From: Flavobacteriales bacterium
GTDB lineage: Bacteria > Bacteroidota > Bacteroidia > CAIKAF01
NCBI GenBank assembly: GCA_018401695.1
Contig: JAGYKD010000001.1
Location: 125,651 to 189,650 of the forward strand
Reading direction: 5' to 3'
DNA length: 64,000 nucleotides
The position numbers were made by a program, and so were the translations under genes. Under the pieces are notes generated by a model. The model did not search any database. It worked only from the letters and a program-made list of their open reading frames with translations, and was not told the origin of the DNA. Shown here piece by piece: positions 9,138 to 19,251 of the stretch. Position 1 is the first letter of the stretch. Every line of letters begins with the position of its first letter.

Positions 9138-11646
9138 CCAACAACCACAAAACTGCACTTCCTACCCTACTATAACCCGCCGACCTATACACCGTCTCCG
9201 GATAAAAATACCAGCGTACATTATGATTCCCTGCCGGTACCTTTAAGCCGCGAAGTACATAATTTACACGTATCGGGCTTGCCGGCATTCCGTCAATCTC
9301 TGCTTTCCAACCCCTGTCGTAGTATATCTCAGAAAATACCACCAAACCTTCTTTGCTTTGGTTTACCTTGTACTTCACTTCCTCTGGCGCCCATGTAAGT
9401 AGCTCTGCTCTTCCTAAGCTATCCAATCCGGGGCTTAACCCCGCAACTTCCTCTGAAAAGGATTCCTCAACCACCGCAACCCGCTTCAAATCCTCTCTGC
9501 GCATTACCTCGCCTATGGCTGCAGCAGCATCCGAAACCATAACTACCGAATCCGCAAGCCAAGCCGCTCCATACCTATGCATATTCATAAAAGGGGCTGC
9601 TTGCTTATCATAAATCAGGTATTTGGTATTCAACATATTCAGTGCTGCCAATCCTTTAAATGCCTCGCCCTGTTCCCTTACATCTCTTGCCCGTTGCAAC
9701 CGACTCACCATTACACTCAAATCCCCTCCCAATCTGCGCTCTACCAAATCTTGATAGCGACGTACCTTGGCCCCATGATAGCCTCCTATGGAATGGTGAA
9801 AAAACGAGGTAGTGCCATCGTTAAACGTGGAAACCGCTATGTTCGCCACTCTAAATCCCGGATCCGGATCATCCATAATCATTCGATCGGCTGCACTTGG
9901 AGTCATGGATACAGACTTGGGCTTCTTTACCTCAAATTTATCCTCCGTTAAATATCGGCTATCCACCAAAAACAAATCGACGCCTACAATCAAACCCAAG
10001 GCTACACCGGCATGCAAGGCCTTAAGTTTTCCCTTAAGATAGTAAAACAAAACCCCTGCACCCAAAACAACTACCAAAAGACTGCGGAGCAAATCGGCCC
10101 GAACTATGGAAGCTCTTGCCGATTCTAAGACATCCAATATGGCTCCCGTATTGCTCCCCGCCACGCTTTGAATAGCATCGGCATCTTTTGAGGGTACCAA
10201 GTCCTGAAACAAGCCCGGTGCCAACCAATTCAATAACAAAAAGGCAACACCGGCAGCACCAATATACATGCCTAATTTCTCTTGGGATATCTTTAAATAT
10301 GCAACCTGTTCCTTTAAGCGCTCTTTATTAAACAATACCGTATCTAAGCTAAGTCCAAACAAAACCGGCAAACAAAACTGAGGAACTACCATTATGGAGT
10401 TTACCGCTCTAAACTTGTTGTAGCCTGGAAAATAATCAATAAAAAAGTCCGTCAATATGGGGTCGTTCTTACCCAGCGACAACCACATCGTGAGCACAGT
10501 ACCCGCAAACAAAGCCCACTTAATGCTCGAACCCACCAAGAACATGCCCCAAAGTGCCATCAAAAACACAAAGGCTCCAACATAAATGACTCCTCCGGCG
10601 GCATCTTGATTTCCCCAGTATTGATCTAAATAAATCCCCTGCTGAAAGGCTTGGCCTTGAAAACTCTGCAAATTTCTGGCCTCCTTTGGATCCAGACGAC
10701 TCATGGCCTCTTCGTTATTTACCAAAGCTCCGTTACCCGGCCCCTTGTAGTTGGGAACAAAAAGTGCCCAATAATCTCCGGTAGCATAACTATAACCGGT
10801 TATATAACTCCTAGGCAAGCCTCCGGTTTGCTCTGCTTCGTCTACAACAGTTGCTTCTCCGCTTAACTCAGACGGGGCACGTGTGCTCACTTTTTGATAC
10901 TCCAATATGGGCATTATCCGGTTCAGATTGGCTGCCAGGGCGGCCACCATAGCAAGGGCCAACACACCACCGCCAAAGACCACGTGCCGCACGTCACCAA
11001 CTTTTATGGCTTTTATGGCCTCAATTAAAGCCCAAAAGCTTACAAAAAAGGCTCCATAATAGTACACCATTTGATAGTGACCGGCCATAATGGCGCAGCT
11101 CATGCCAATACCGGCCAAGCCTGCACCCGCTAAGTATTTCTTCCGAAACACCCAGGCCACCCCGGCCAAAAACCAGGGCAAATAGGCAATAGTAAGCACT
11201 TTGCCAAAGTGACCTGCTCCTAATACTACCGCCACATAACTGGTAAAACCAAAGGCCAAAGCCGACGCTGCGGCTGTTACCGGACGCAAACCCAAGGCCA
11301 CCATGAATAAATAGAAACCTGCCATAGACAGCCATAAGTACAAGGCCACTCTGGGTAATCCCAAACTTAATATCTGATGCACAATAGGACTCACATAATT
11401 GCCCTCTGCTTTAAAATACACCAAATACATGGGCATGCCGCCAAACATACTATTGGACCACAAAGGCGTTGCCCCGTTTTCCTCCTCGTATTGCATGGCT
11501 TCTTGAGCTGCTCCACGCCACATATCGTCGTCGTGAGCCCGGAGCTCCATGCCTTGAAATACTTCTGCCCGTCCATACAATAATGCGGCAACCAACAGCA
11601 CCGCTAATGCGGCTAAATGAGGATACAAAAAACGAAAACGGTTCAT
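9082..11646 (-). CDS. yfhO: YfhO family membrane protein (GT-C-like)
   Basis: PLWSNSMFGGMPMY, GHYQMVYY, PGYNKFRA, IGGYHGAKVRRYQDL, FSEIYYDRGWKAEIDG, VNYVLRGL. Confidence 0.88.
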   Translation of the reverse strand: MNRFRFLYPHLAALAVLLVAALLYGRAEVFQGMELRAHDDDMWRGAAQEAMQYEEENGATPLWSNSMFGGMPMYLVYFKAEGNYVSPIVHQILSLGLPRVALYLWLSMAGFYLFMVALGLRPVTAAASALAFGFTSYVAVVLGAGHFGKVLTIAYLPWFLAGVAWVFRKKYLAGAGLAGIGMSCAIMAGHYQMVYYYGAFFVSFWALIEAIKAIKVGDVRHVVFGGGVLALAMVAALAANLNRIMPILEYQKVSTRAPSELSGEATVVDEAEQTGGLPRSYITGYSYATGDYWALFVPNYKGPGNGALVNNEEAMSRLDPKEARNLQSFQGQAFQQGIYLDQYWGNQDAAGGVIYVGAFVFLMALWGMFLVGSSIKWALFAGTVLTMWLSLGKNDPILTDFFIDYFPGYNKFRAVNSIMVVPQFCLPVLFGLSLDTVLFNKERLKEQVAYLKISQEKLGMYIGAAGVAFLLLNWLAPGLFQDLVPSKDADAIQSVAGSNTGAILDVLESARASIVRADLLRSLLVVVLGAGVLFYYLKGKLKALHAGVALGLIVGVDLFLVDSRYLTEDKFEVKKPKSVSMTPSAADRMIMDDPDPGFRVANIAVSTFNDGTTSFFHHSIGGYHGAKVRRYQDLVERRLGGDLSVMVSRLQRARDVREQGEAFKGLAALNMLNTKYLIYDKQAAPFMNMHRYGAAWLADSVVMVSDAAAAIGEVMRREDLKRVAVVEESFSEEVAGLSPGLDSLGRAELLTWAPEEVKYKVNQSKEGLVVFSEIYYDRGWKAEIDGMPASPIRVNYVLRGLKVPAGNHNVRWYFYPETVYRSAGYSRVGSAVLWLLVIGGAVVFWRGVSAKGQE

Positions 11647-11656
11647 AGCTCTTTGT

Positions 11657-12847
11657 TTAACCTTGAATTCGGTCTGCGTCAGTCATGGCCGCTTGCACTG
11701 CCAAACTAACTTCATGACTTACCCGCAAGTTAAGCGTTTCGGGAACAATACGGTCCCTATCTAAATGGTAAACGGATTCTGCAATGGCTTTTGCCGCTGC
11801 CAACTTCATGGCCGTAGTAATGTGCTTGGCGCGCCCATCCAAGGCGCCCCTAAATATACCGGGAAAGGCCAATACATTGTTGATTTGGTTGGGCAAGTCG
11901 CTCCTGCCTGTGCCAACCACTGCCGCACCACCCTTATAGGCTTCTTCGGGCATTATCTCCGGAACAGGGTTGGCCAATGCAAATATAACGGCATCCCTGT
12001 TCATGGTCTTAATATCCTCGGCATTCAGCAAGTTTTCCTGGCTAACGCCAATAAATACATCGCTACCCGACAATACATCTTTTAAACTTCCGGTCACATT
12101 GTTCGGGTTGGTCCAACTCAACAAACTGCGCTTGGTATCGTTCAAATCTTCTCTGGCCTCATGCACAACCCCCTTAGAATCACACATAATCACCTCTTTT
12201 ACCGCCAATCCGCTTTGATTTTCGCCACGCGTGGCACTGTCGAGCAGCTTAGCAATAGCCACACCCGCTGCTCCGGCTCCATTAATCACAATTTTAAGGT
12301 CTCGAATTTCTTTGCCTACCAATTTACAGGCATTTATGATTCCGGCCAATACAACCACCGCCGTCCCATGCTGGTCGTCGTGAAATACCGGAATACCTAA
12401 ATCTTGCAGGCGTTCCTCTATTTCAAAACAACGGGGTGCTGCAATATCTTCCAAATTAATGCCCCCAAAAACCGGAGCAATCCTACGCACCGTCTCAATC
12501 ACCTCCTCAGTATCTTGCGTGGCCAGGCAAATAGGAAAGGCGTCAATGCCGGCAAATTTTCGAAACAACATGGCCTTGCCCTCCATTACAGGTATCGAAG
12601 CCTCTGCGCCAATATTGCCCAAACCCAGCACCGCCGATCCATCCGAAATCACTGCCACCGTGTTTCGTTTTATGGTGTACTTCCATACATCCATGGGGTT
12701 CTGATGAATACGCTTGCAGGGTTCGGCTACTCCGGGAGAGTATAGCAAACTCAAATCGTCGCGGGAGGCAATCTCCATCTTCGGTTGTATCCGTATCTTG
12801 CCTCTTAATTTCTCATGTAAAAACAGCGATTGCTGAAAATAATCCAT
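11657..12847 (-). CDS. NAD(P)-dependent malic enzyme (short form, no PTA domain)
   Basis: YSPGVAEPC, DGSAVLGLGNIG, PVMEGKA, GGINLEDI, FHDDQHGTA, GAGAAG, FALANP, NQINNVLAFPG; start placed at ATG 12847. Confidence 0.92.
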   Translation of the reverse strand: MDYFQQSLFLHEKLRGKIRIQPKMEIASRDDLSLLYSPGVAEPCKRIHQNPMDVWKYTIKRNTVAVISDGSAVLGLGNIGAEASIPVMEGKAMLFRKFAGIDAFPICLATQDTEEVIETVRRIAPVFGGINLEDIAAPRCFEIEERLQDLGIPVFHDDQHGTAVVVLAGIINACKLVGKEIRDLKIVINGAGAAGVAIAKLLDSATRGENQSGLAVKEVIMCDSKGVVHEAREDLNDTKRSLLSWTNPNNVTGSLKDVLSGSDVFIGVSQENLLNAEDIKTMNRDAVIFALANPVPEIMPEEAYKGGAAVVGTGRSDLPNQINNVLAFPGIFRGALDGRAKHITTAMKLAAAKAIAESVYHLDRDRIVPETLNLRVSHEVSLAVQAAMTDADRIQG

Positions 12848-12890
12848 ATGGGTATTCCGTTTCGGTGACCAAACATAGGAATTTATACGC

Positions 12891-14126
12891 ATGTCCGAAC
12901 TTTTGCGCACCTACATATTTGCTGCTTTTTGCTGCTTTTTCTTTCTTCATTTACAAGCAAGAAATACCTGCACGCCTTGTTTCTTAAGTGCTCCGGGAGA
13001 GCTGTGGCATTGGAACTCCAGCCAAAACCAACTTCAGGTGCCATGGCAAGGCAAAACCCTTAACCGAAGCATCGATACCCTTACTTGGTTTGCCCAACAT
13101 TACCCCTACGCCTCCAACAACGATTGGATAGCCTGGTTCAGCACCTTTGCTTTACCCCAAGCGCTGCCGGAACCGCCCAAAGGATTTAGAGTGCTCATCG
13201 ATCCCGGCCACTGGGCCGCCAACCCTAGCGATGCAAAACGCGAAGGACGCTTGCTTCCCGCGCAATTGCCCAACGGCAAAAAAGATACCCTCTTCGAGGC
13301 TATGCTCAATTTACACACCGCCTTAATCCTCAAAAATTTGCTGGAAGAAAAAGGCTATCTGGTGCAATTAACCCGAGAGCAACCCGGTTCCTCGCTGGGC
13401 ATGCCTTTTATGGATTGGTTCCATAATCACCGTTTTCAAACACTGGAACTGGCCCTAAAAGAGGGTATTGTAGATAAAAACACCGCTCAACAACTCAAAA
13501 ACACCGCTCGACCCGACCGCTGGCATCCCGCACTCTTTCACCATATGGACCTTTGGTACCGCATCCAAAAAGCCAAAAACTTTCAACCCCACCTGGTCAT
13601 CAGCATCCATTTTAACGTAGGCAATCAGAAGCCAAAGGCCGACGGCAGTTTCCCCTTGACTTCCGAAAACTACGCTATGGCCTTTGTTCCCGGAGCCATG
13701 CACCCCTCCGAAATTGAGTCTCCTCTTGATTTAGCCGCAGCCCTGCGTTGGCACAGCACCGACATCCTTTCTAAAAGCACCATGCTGGCAGAATTCTTTC
13801 TGAAATTTACCAACGATTCTTTAGGCGTCCCCCCCGTATCAGACCAAAATCAACTGGTTTACCTGAAAAAATACACCAAAAAAGGAAATAAAACCGGCAT
13901 TTATCACCGAAATCTCGCCATTCTAAGGCACAGTCCCTACCCCATCGTGCTCATTGAGCCTTTATTACAAAACAATCGGATGGAGTTCGAATCCCTTATC
14001 CTTCAAAAGGCTGGCCAACCGCCCTTTGCGCATAGCCCCCGGCTTTGGAAACTGGCACAAACCTGTTTTTGGACCATAGAAGCGTATAAAAATCAAACAT
14101 TTTCAGCCCATGAGCTTGGACCTTAG
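12891..14126 (+). CDS. Secreted N-acetylmuramoyl-L-alanine amidase (Amidase_3)
   Basis: Signal peptide; VLIDPGH, E..LNL, SIHFN, LIEP zinc-amidase motifs. Confidence 0.8.
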   Translation: MSELLRTYIFAAFCCFFFLHLQARNTCTPCFLSAPGELWHWNSSQNQLQVPWQGKTLNRSIDTLTWFAQHYPYASNNDWIAWFSTFALPQALPEPPKGFRVLIDPGHWAANPSDAKREGRLLPAQLPNGKKDTLFEAMLNLHTALILKNLLEEKGYLVQLTREQPGSSLGMPFMDWFHNHRFQTLELALKEGIVDKNTAQQLKNTARPDRWHPALFHHMDLWYRIQKAKNFQPHLVISIHFNVGNQKPKADGSFPLTSENYAMAFVPGAMHPSEIESPLDLAAALRWHSTDILSKSTMLAEFFLKFTNDSLGVPPVSDQNQLVYLKKYTKKGNKTGIYHRNLAILRHSPYPIVLIEPLLQNNRMEFESLILQKAGQPPFAHSPRLWKLAQTCFWTIEAYKNQTFSAHELGP

Positions 14127-14637
14127 CGACATAGAAAGCAACATCAAAAGCAAGCGCAAAGCCAAGTTCCAGGGTTTGTTCCGAGCTCCCGGCGTTTTGG
14201 GAAGTCTTGCCTGTTTGGCCCTTTTCATGCCCTTCGTACTTGAAACCTGCGGCAAAAGCACCGTCGAAAGTTACCATGCCTTTGACATAGCCACCACAAA
14301 CACCCCACAAGCAGGCCCCAAACACGCCCTACTCGCTTGGGGCATCATTCTCGCCAGCCTCAGCATTTGGGCTTGGTATCTCCTCCCCAAAAAGCTCCGC
14401 AAAGCCGCACCATTAGTCAACAGCTTGCTGGGCATTGGCCTCGCTGCCTCCTTGTGGATCTCCATTCTGGTAAACCCTGACCCATGGTTCAAAGACAAAA
14501 CCACCGACAACGAAGTAAGCAACCACAGCATAGAAACCGGTTTTGGACTGGTAACCAACCTTATATGCCACATAGCCTATTTGGGTTTTGGCCTATGGCT
14601 CATCCGTTCAGCTTCGGCAAAACACAAAAAAGAGTGA
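14110..14637 (+). CDS. Hypothetical membrane protein
   Basis: About four TM segments; overlaps the amidase stop. Confidence 0.6.
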   Translation: MSLDLSDIESNIKSKRKAKFQGLFRAPGVLGSLACLALFMPFVLETCGKSTVESYHAFDIATTNTPQAGPKHALLAWGIILASLSIWAWYLLPKKLRKAAPLVNSLLGIGLAASLWISILVNPDPWFKDKTTDNEVSNHSIETGFGLVTNLICHIAYLGFGLWLIRSASAKHKKE

Positions 14638-14641
14638 CTTT

Positions 14642-14783
14642 GGGCGGTGGCCGGGCCTTCCGCTTTAGTCCTCGGTTCGGAATCGGGCATCCCTAAGTCC
14701 CCAAGGGGCTTCCAGGGTCGCCCTTGGTGCCTAAGGGCTGCTCCGCTCCAAACCTCCGGGCTATCGCCTCAGTCCCTACCGCA
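14642..14783 (+). repeat. Intergenic hairpin element E1 (Flavo-1/REP-like)
   Basis: GGGCGG..CCGGGCCTTCCGC 5' end, long imperfect stem, loop TTCCAGGGTC, 3' end CAGTCCCTACCGCA. Confidence 0.8.
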
Positions 14784-14803
14784 AGATCTGCGAAACTCCG
14801 GCA

Positions 14804-15877
14804 TTACAAGCTCAAATAAGAAAAATCTTGCGCATTCTCTATCCGCTTCACCGAGGCCATCAACAAACGAATGACCGACTCCACATCCTCCATGGCTACG
14901 GTTTCTACGGTAGTATGCATGTATTTTAGCGGCAAGGAAATAAGCGCACTGGGAACCCCTTCGCCCGAATAGGCAAAGGCATCGGTATCGGTGCCGGTAC
15001 TGCGTTCGGCAACCTGCCGTTGAAAATTAATCTTTTCCTTTTCTGCTACATCAATCACTAGGCTCAGCAAACGGTTATGCACCGCAGACCCATAGGTCAA
15101 CACGGGCCCTTTGCCGCAGCGGATTTCCGGATCGTCCTTAGGATATCCCGGCGATTGATTGTCGTGGGTTACATCGGTAACCAGCGCTACATTTGGTTTT
15201 AATCGCCGAGAAATCATTTCGGCACCACGCAAACCAATTTCTTCTTGCACAGCATTTACAGCATACAAACCAAAGGGCAATGGATGTCCTTGCTCTTTAA
15301 ACCGACGCAAGACTTCGGCAATCATAAAACCACCAATACGATTGTCTAAGGCGCGTCCACACAGGTAGCGCTCCTTGTTCAAAAACATGGGCTCGTCTTC
15401 GAAAGTAGCCACACAACCAATGTGTATGCCCATTTCTTCCACTTCTTCTTTGGAATCGGCACCTACATCCAAAAAAATGCTTTTCATGGATGGGGCTTCT
15501 TCTTTGTCGCGTTGCCGCACATGAATAGCAGGCCAGCCAAACACTGCGCGCACTTCGCCTTTGGGGGTATGTATAATCACCCGTTTGGATGGAGCTATGA
15601 GGGGGTCGCTTCCTCCGTTTCGTTTGACGGAAATGTATCCTTTTTCGGAAATGGAGCTGACAAACCAACCAATTTCATCCGCATGGGCTTCTATTACCAC
15701 TTTGTAAGGGGCTTCGGGATTTACAACGGCCGCCACAGAACCGTAAGGGTCGGTAATCCAATGGTCGGCATAGGGTTTAATATACTCCATCCAGAGCTGT
15801 TGACCCGAGCTTTCGAAACCAGTAGGCGATGCGTTTTTCAGATAATTTAATAAAAACTTGCGGGCTTTAGCATCCAT
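14804..15877 (-). CDS. M42 family metallopeptidase
   Basis: AHADEIG, ALDNRIGG, QEEIGLRGA, DVTH, GTDTDA, LPLKYMHTTVE. Confidence 0.93.
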   Translation of the reverse strand: MDAKARKFLLNYLKNASPTGFESSGQQLWMEYIKPYADHWITDPYGSVAAVVNPEAPYKVVIEAHADEIGWFVSSISEKGYISVKRNGGSDPLIAPSKRVIIHTPKGEVRAVFGWPAIHVRQRDKEEAPSMKSIFLDVGADSKEEVEEMGIHIGCVATFEDEPMFLNKERYLCGRALDNRIGGFMIAEVLRRFKEQGHPLPFGLYAVNAVQEEIGLRGAEMISRRLKPNVALVTDVTHDNQSPGYPKDDPEIRCGKGPVLTYGSAVHNRLLSLVIDVAEKEKINFQRQVAERSTGTDTDAFAYSGEGVPSALISLPLKYMHTTVETVAMEDVESVIRLLMASVKRIENAQDFSYLSL

Positions 15878-15902
15878 AAGCAATATACATTGTAAGGGGA
15901 AC

Positions 15903-15931
15903 AAAAAAAACGCCCCAGAAGGTGGGGCGTT
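15903..15931 (-). terminator. Intrinsic terminator after rpmH
   Basis: AACGCCCCA/TGGGGCGTT stem followed by T8 on the minus strand. Confidence 0.85.
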
Positions 15932-15952
15932 AAAGAATTATTAAGAAATAGA

Positions 15953-16114
15953 CTATTTCTTGGGATAAAATTCATCGGAAACGGTGAGGCGCTTACGCCC
16001 TTTGCGGCGACGAGAAGCAAGTACTCTGCGTCCGTTGGCAGTAGACATACGCTTACGAAATCCGTGTTTGTTTCTTCTTTTGCGAATGGACGGCTGGAAC
16101 GTTCTTTTTGACAT
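15953..16114 (-). CDS. rpmH: 50S ribosomal protein L34 (53 aa; below ORF-track cutoff)
   Basis: Hand translation [53 protein letters not shown]. Confidence 0.97.
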   Translation of the reverse strand: MSKRTFQPSIRKRRNKHGFRKRMSTANGRRVLASRRRKGRKRLTVSDEFYPKK

Positions 16115-16173
16115 GGCCTATAAATTTGGGCGCGGTTGCGCTGATGTATCTAAACTGTCTTTTTTGAGGACTG

Positions 16174-16181
16174 CAAAAATA
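16174..16181 (-). promoter_or_regulatory. Bacteroidota -7 promoter box for rpmH
   Basis: TATTTTTG matches TAnnTTTG. Confidence 0.6.
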
Positions 16182-16250
16182 GTAGTTCAAGGGAATTAAT
16201 CAAAACATTTACATTCTTTTTCCGTATTAATACATAATTAGAGAATCATC

Positions 16251-16396
16251 GGCCAGGGACCGGTGCGGAAACCCACCCTTTGGCTGCTTGTTGGTTTGGG
16301 GAGTGCTAAGCCCGGTGGCGCGCAGCAAACCCGGCTTAGCGCCGCCAAACCCAAGCTGCCAAAGGGTGCGTTGCAGCGAGGGCCCGGTTGGCCGCC
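16251..16396 (-). repeat. Intergenic hairpin element E2
   Basis: Minus strand GGCGGCCAACCGGGCCCTC ... CCGGTCCCTGGCC; stems CACCCTTTGGC/GCCAAAGGGTG and GCTAAGCCCGG/CCGGCTTAGC. Confidence 0.8.
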
Positions 16397-16411
16397 AAAA
16401 CAATAAAAAAT

Positions 16412-18562
16412 ATGCCATCGGTCGAATGGGAAGTAGAAGGAATGAGTTGCAGTGCCTGTGCCGGTGCGGTAAAACAAGCCCTGGAAAAACATCCTGCCGT
16501 TGGGGAGGCACAAGTGGCCTACAATGCCGGAAGAGCAAGCGTCCGCTGGGAGGGCAATGCGCCTGCTTTTGATGCGCTGGAGCGCTTGGTGGAACAAGCC
16601 GGCTACCGGTTGAGGCCCAAAGAAATGCAAAGTTCCGCCCGCGCTTGGCAAGAGGCCGCCAAACGTAGAAAAAAAGCCCTCCGCAAACGCGGCATGGAAA
16701 GCGCGCTTGCCCTAGCTATAAGTCTGCCCGTTATGGTGTTTGCCATGTGGTTTCACCACGCACCGGCAAGCCCATGGTTTGGTTTTGTTGGGGCGGGAAT
16801 TGTGTTGGGCTTGGGAAGAACCTATTTTGTAAAAGCATGGCAACAAATAAAAAACCGTTATCTGGCCATGGACACGCTCATAGCCTTAAGTACAGGAATG
16901 GCCTACTTCTATTCGGTGGGCCAATGGATTGCCGGCCACCCCGATATGCTGTTCTTTGAATCGGCCGCATTCATTATGGCTTTTGTTATGTTGGGTAAAT
17001 ACCTCGAAGAGCGTGCCCGTGCCTCGTCCCTAGACGCGCTTAGCAGCATGGCGGAGTTGGAAGTCGCCCAGGTGCGCCTGCACCCGCATGGCCAAGTAAT
17101 TCCTCTGGAGGAATTGCAATTGGGCCAAACGTTTTTGGTGAGTCAGGGCACACGCATACCTACCGATGGCAGGGTAGTGGAAGGAGAAGGAGAGGCCAAC
17201 GAACAATGGTTTACCGGCGAGGCGGCTCCGGTGCTCAAAACCCATGCAAGCGATGTAATGGCGGGCAGTTTGCTCATAAATGGCCAATTGGTAGTGGAAG
17301 CTACCCGCATGGGTAAAGAAAGCAGCCTAAACCAAACCATGCAAGCGGTCATGAAAACCTTGGGGCAACCTGCACCGGCGCAGCGTTTGGCGGACCAAAT
17401 TTCTTCGGTTTTTGTACCGGCAGTATTGGGGTTTGCATTAGCCACTTTTTTGATTTGGGGCCTTTTGCCTCAAGGCAGTTGGTGGATGGGCATACAGGCT
17501 GCCCTTACCGTGTTGGCGGTGGCTTGTCCTTGCGCCTTGGGTTTGGCCACCCCAACCGCCATTAGCGTAGCCGTGGGTTTGGCCGCCAAAAAGGGGGCCG
17601 TAATTCAAAAACCGGAAATGTTGGAGTGGATTGGGAAAACCGACCGCTTGTTTTTAGACAAAACAGGAACACTAACACAAGGCCGGCCCAAGGTAAAGAA
17701 CCACCAACTTCCTGAAGTCTATGCCGCTAGGGTGCGCCACATGGCGCAACGCTCGGTGCATCCGGCAGCCCAATCGGTGGCAGACCACCTAGAACATTCC
17801 GGAAAAGCCGCAAGCTTTGAAGCCCTAGTAGAGGAAATTCCCGGCAAAGGCCTGCGCATGAAAAACGAGAAAGGCGGGTTTTATTATTTAGGAAAGCCGG
17901 GCTGGGCAGCCGTTTCGGGGTGGCCTGACAAGGAAGCCAGCCTGGTGGTGTTTGGCAATGGGGAACAATGTTTGGGGTGGTTTGCCTTGCAAAGTTCCTG
18001 GCGCAAAGGAATGCCGGAGGCCATTGAGCAACTAAAAAAGATGGGAATACGTTCGGTATTGCTTACCGGCGACAGGCAAGCAGCAGCTCAGGAAATCGCA
18101 GAGCCCCTGGGTTTGCAGGAAGTCTATGCCCAACAAAGTCCGGCCCAAAAAGCCGAAAAAGTGCGGGAGGCCAAAGCCCAGGGACATTGGGTACTCATGG
18201 TTGGCGATGGCATTAACGATGCCGAGGCCCTAAGTGAGGCGCAGATGAGCATAGCTATGCAGGAGGGCAGCGGATTGGCCGTTTCTTCGGCGGGCATGCG
18301 TTTGCCGGCGGCACAGCTTCCTCAATTGCCCAGCTTCATTGAATTAGGAAAAAAGACCCGCCAAACCATACAGCAAAATTTGGCCTGGGCTTTTTTGTAC
18401 AATGTGCTGGCCCTACCCATTGCCGCAGGAGTACTGTATCCCTTAACAGGATACCTTATGAATCCTATGTGGGCGGGTTTGGCCATGGCCCTTAGTTCGG
18501 TGTCGGTGGTGGCCAACAGCATACGTCTTAGGATAAGCTTTCGTAACTTTGAACACGCATGA
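16412..18562 (+). CDS. copA: Copper-translocating P1B-type ATPase
   Basis: GMSCSAC HMA domain, CPCALGLATP, DKTGTLT, GDGINDA, YNVLALPIA, AMALSSVSV; start moved to ATG 16412 (ORF-track start lies in E2). Confidence 0.92.
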   Translation: MPSVEWEVEGMSCSACAGAVKQALEKHPAVGEAQVAYNAGRASVRWEGNAPAFDALERLVEQAGYRLRPKEMQSSARAWQEAAKRRKKALRKRGMESALALAISLPVMVFAMWFHHAPASPWFGFVGAGIVLGLGRTYFVKAWQQIKNRYLAMDTLIALSTGMAYFYSVGQWIAGHPDMLFFESAAFIMAFVMLGKYLEERARASSLDALSSMAELEVAQVRLHPHGQVIPLEELQLGQTFLVSQGTRIPTDGRVVEGEGEANEQWFTGEAAPVLKTHASDVMAGSLLINGQLVVEATRMGKESSLNQTMQAVMKTLGQPAPAQRLADQISSVFVPAVLGFALATFLIWGLLPQGSWWMGIQAALTVLAVACPCALGLATPTAISVAVGLAAKKGAVIQKPEMLEWIGKTDRLFLDKTGTLTQGRPKVKNHQLPEVYAARVRHMAQRSVHPAAQSVADHLEHSGKAASFEALVEEIPGKGLRMKNEKGGFYYLGKPGWAAVSGWPDKEASLVVFGNGEQCLGWFALQSSWRKGMPEAIEQLKKMGIRSVLLTGDRQAAAQEIAEPLGLQEVYAQQSPAQKAEKVREAKAQGHWVLMVGDGINDAEALSEAQMSIAMQEGSGLAVSSAGMRLPAAQLPQLPSFIELGKKTRQTIQQNLAWAFLYNVLALPIAAGVLYPLTGYLMNPMWAGLAMALSSVSVVANSIRLRISFRNFEHA

Positions 18563-18831
18563 AACTACCCATTTTTAGAAAACCCGCAGTTCCACACCGT
18601 TACAGGTTCAATACCACCCTTAAGTGTGGTGGATGTATTTTGGAGTTGGAAAAAGTATTCGAAGGAGATCCTAAAATTTCCCGTTGGGAGGTTAGCCTTA
18701 ATCAAATGCCGCTCATTTTGGAAATTACCAGCATGTACACCGTTGAGCAAGTTCAGACATTGGTAAAAAAAGCCGGGTATACCGCCGACTTATTGGAAGA
18801 ATTACCTTTAGAGGCCTCCAAAAGAAAATGA
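18559..18831 (+). CDS. Heavy-metal-associated (HMA/CopZ-like) protein
   Basis: TLKCGGC; ATGA overlap with copA; TAACTTTG box at 18544-18551. Confidence 0.75.
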   Translation: MKLPIFRKPAVPHRYRFNTTLKCGGCILELEKVFEGDPKISRWEVSLNQMPLILEITSMYTVEQVQTLVKKAGYTADLLEELPLEASKRK

Positions 18832-19247
18832 GTCAAAACGCCCAAAACATCTTAGCAAAAGCGGGCTTGCGCAAAACCAATGCCCGCATAGAGATTATTG
18901 CGTTTATGGACAATCAGGAAGGGGCTTTGGCCTTGGCAGACCTTGAAAGAAGCCTTTTGCATCTGGCCGACCGAGCCACCTTATACCGAACCTTAAAATC
19001 TTTTGAAGAAGCAGGCGTAGTCCATAAGGTGGTGGACCCATCCGGTGTGCTGCGCTATGCCCTTTGTCAAGAAAGTTGCCACACCGATGAGGCGCATCAG
19101 CATGCGCATGCGCATTTTAGCTGCACCTCTTGCGGAAAAATGATTTGTTTGGAAGAGCTTGACTTACCGGCTATGATACTTCCAGAGGGTTTTTTAGCCG
19201 AAGAGGCGCAGTTGGTATTCACCGGTTGGTGTAAAAATTGCCGCTAA
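18828..19247 (+). CDS. Fur family transcriptional regulator
   Basis: DRATLYRTLKSFEEAG, HQHAHAHFSCTSC, C-terminal CKNC. Confidence 0.9.
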   Translation: MSQNAQNILAKAGLRKTNARIEIIAFMDNQEGALALADLERSLLHLADRATLYRTLKSFEEAGVVHKVVDPSGVLRYALCQESCHTDEAHQHAHAHFSCTSCGKMICLEELDLPAMILPEGFLAEEAQLVFTGWCKNCR

Positions 19248-19251
19248 AGAT

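Noticed and set aside
11657-12847. Malic enzyme lacking the PTA domain as a truncation
   Set aside because: It ends cleanly after the complete malic domain; short forms are a known class
16227-16651. Several short ORFs and the 16388 start of copA
   Set aside because: They run through GC-rich element E2; the ATG at 16412 directly precedes the HMA domain
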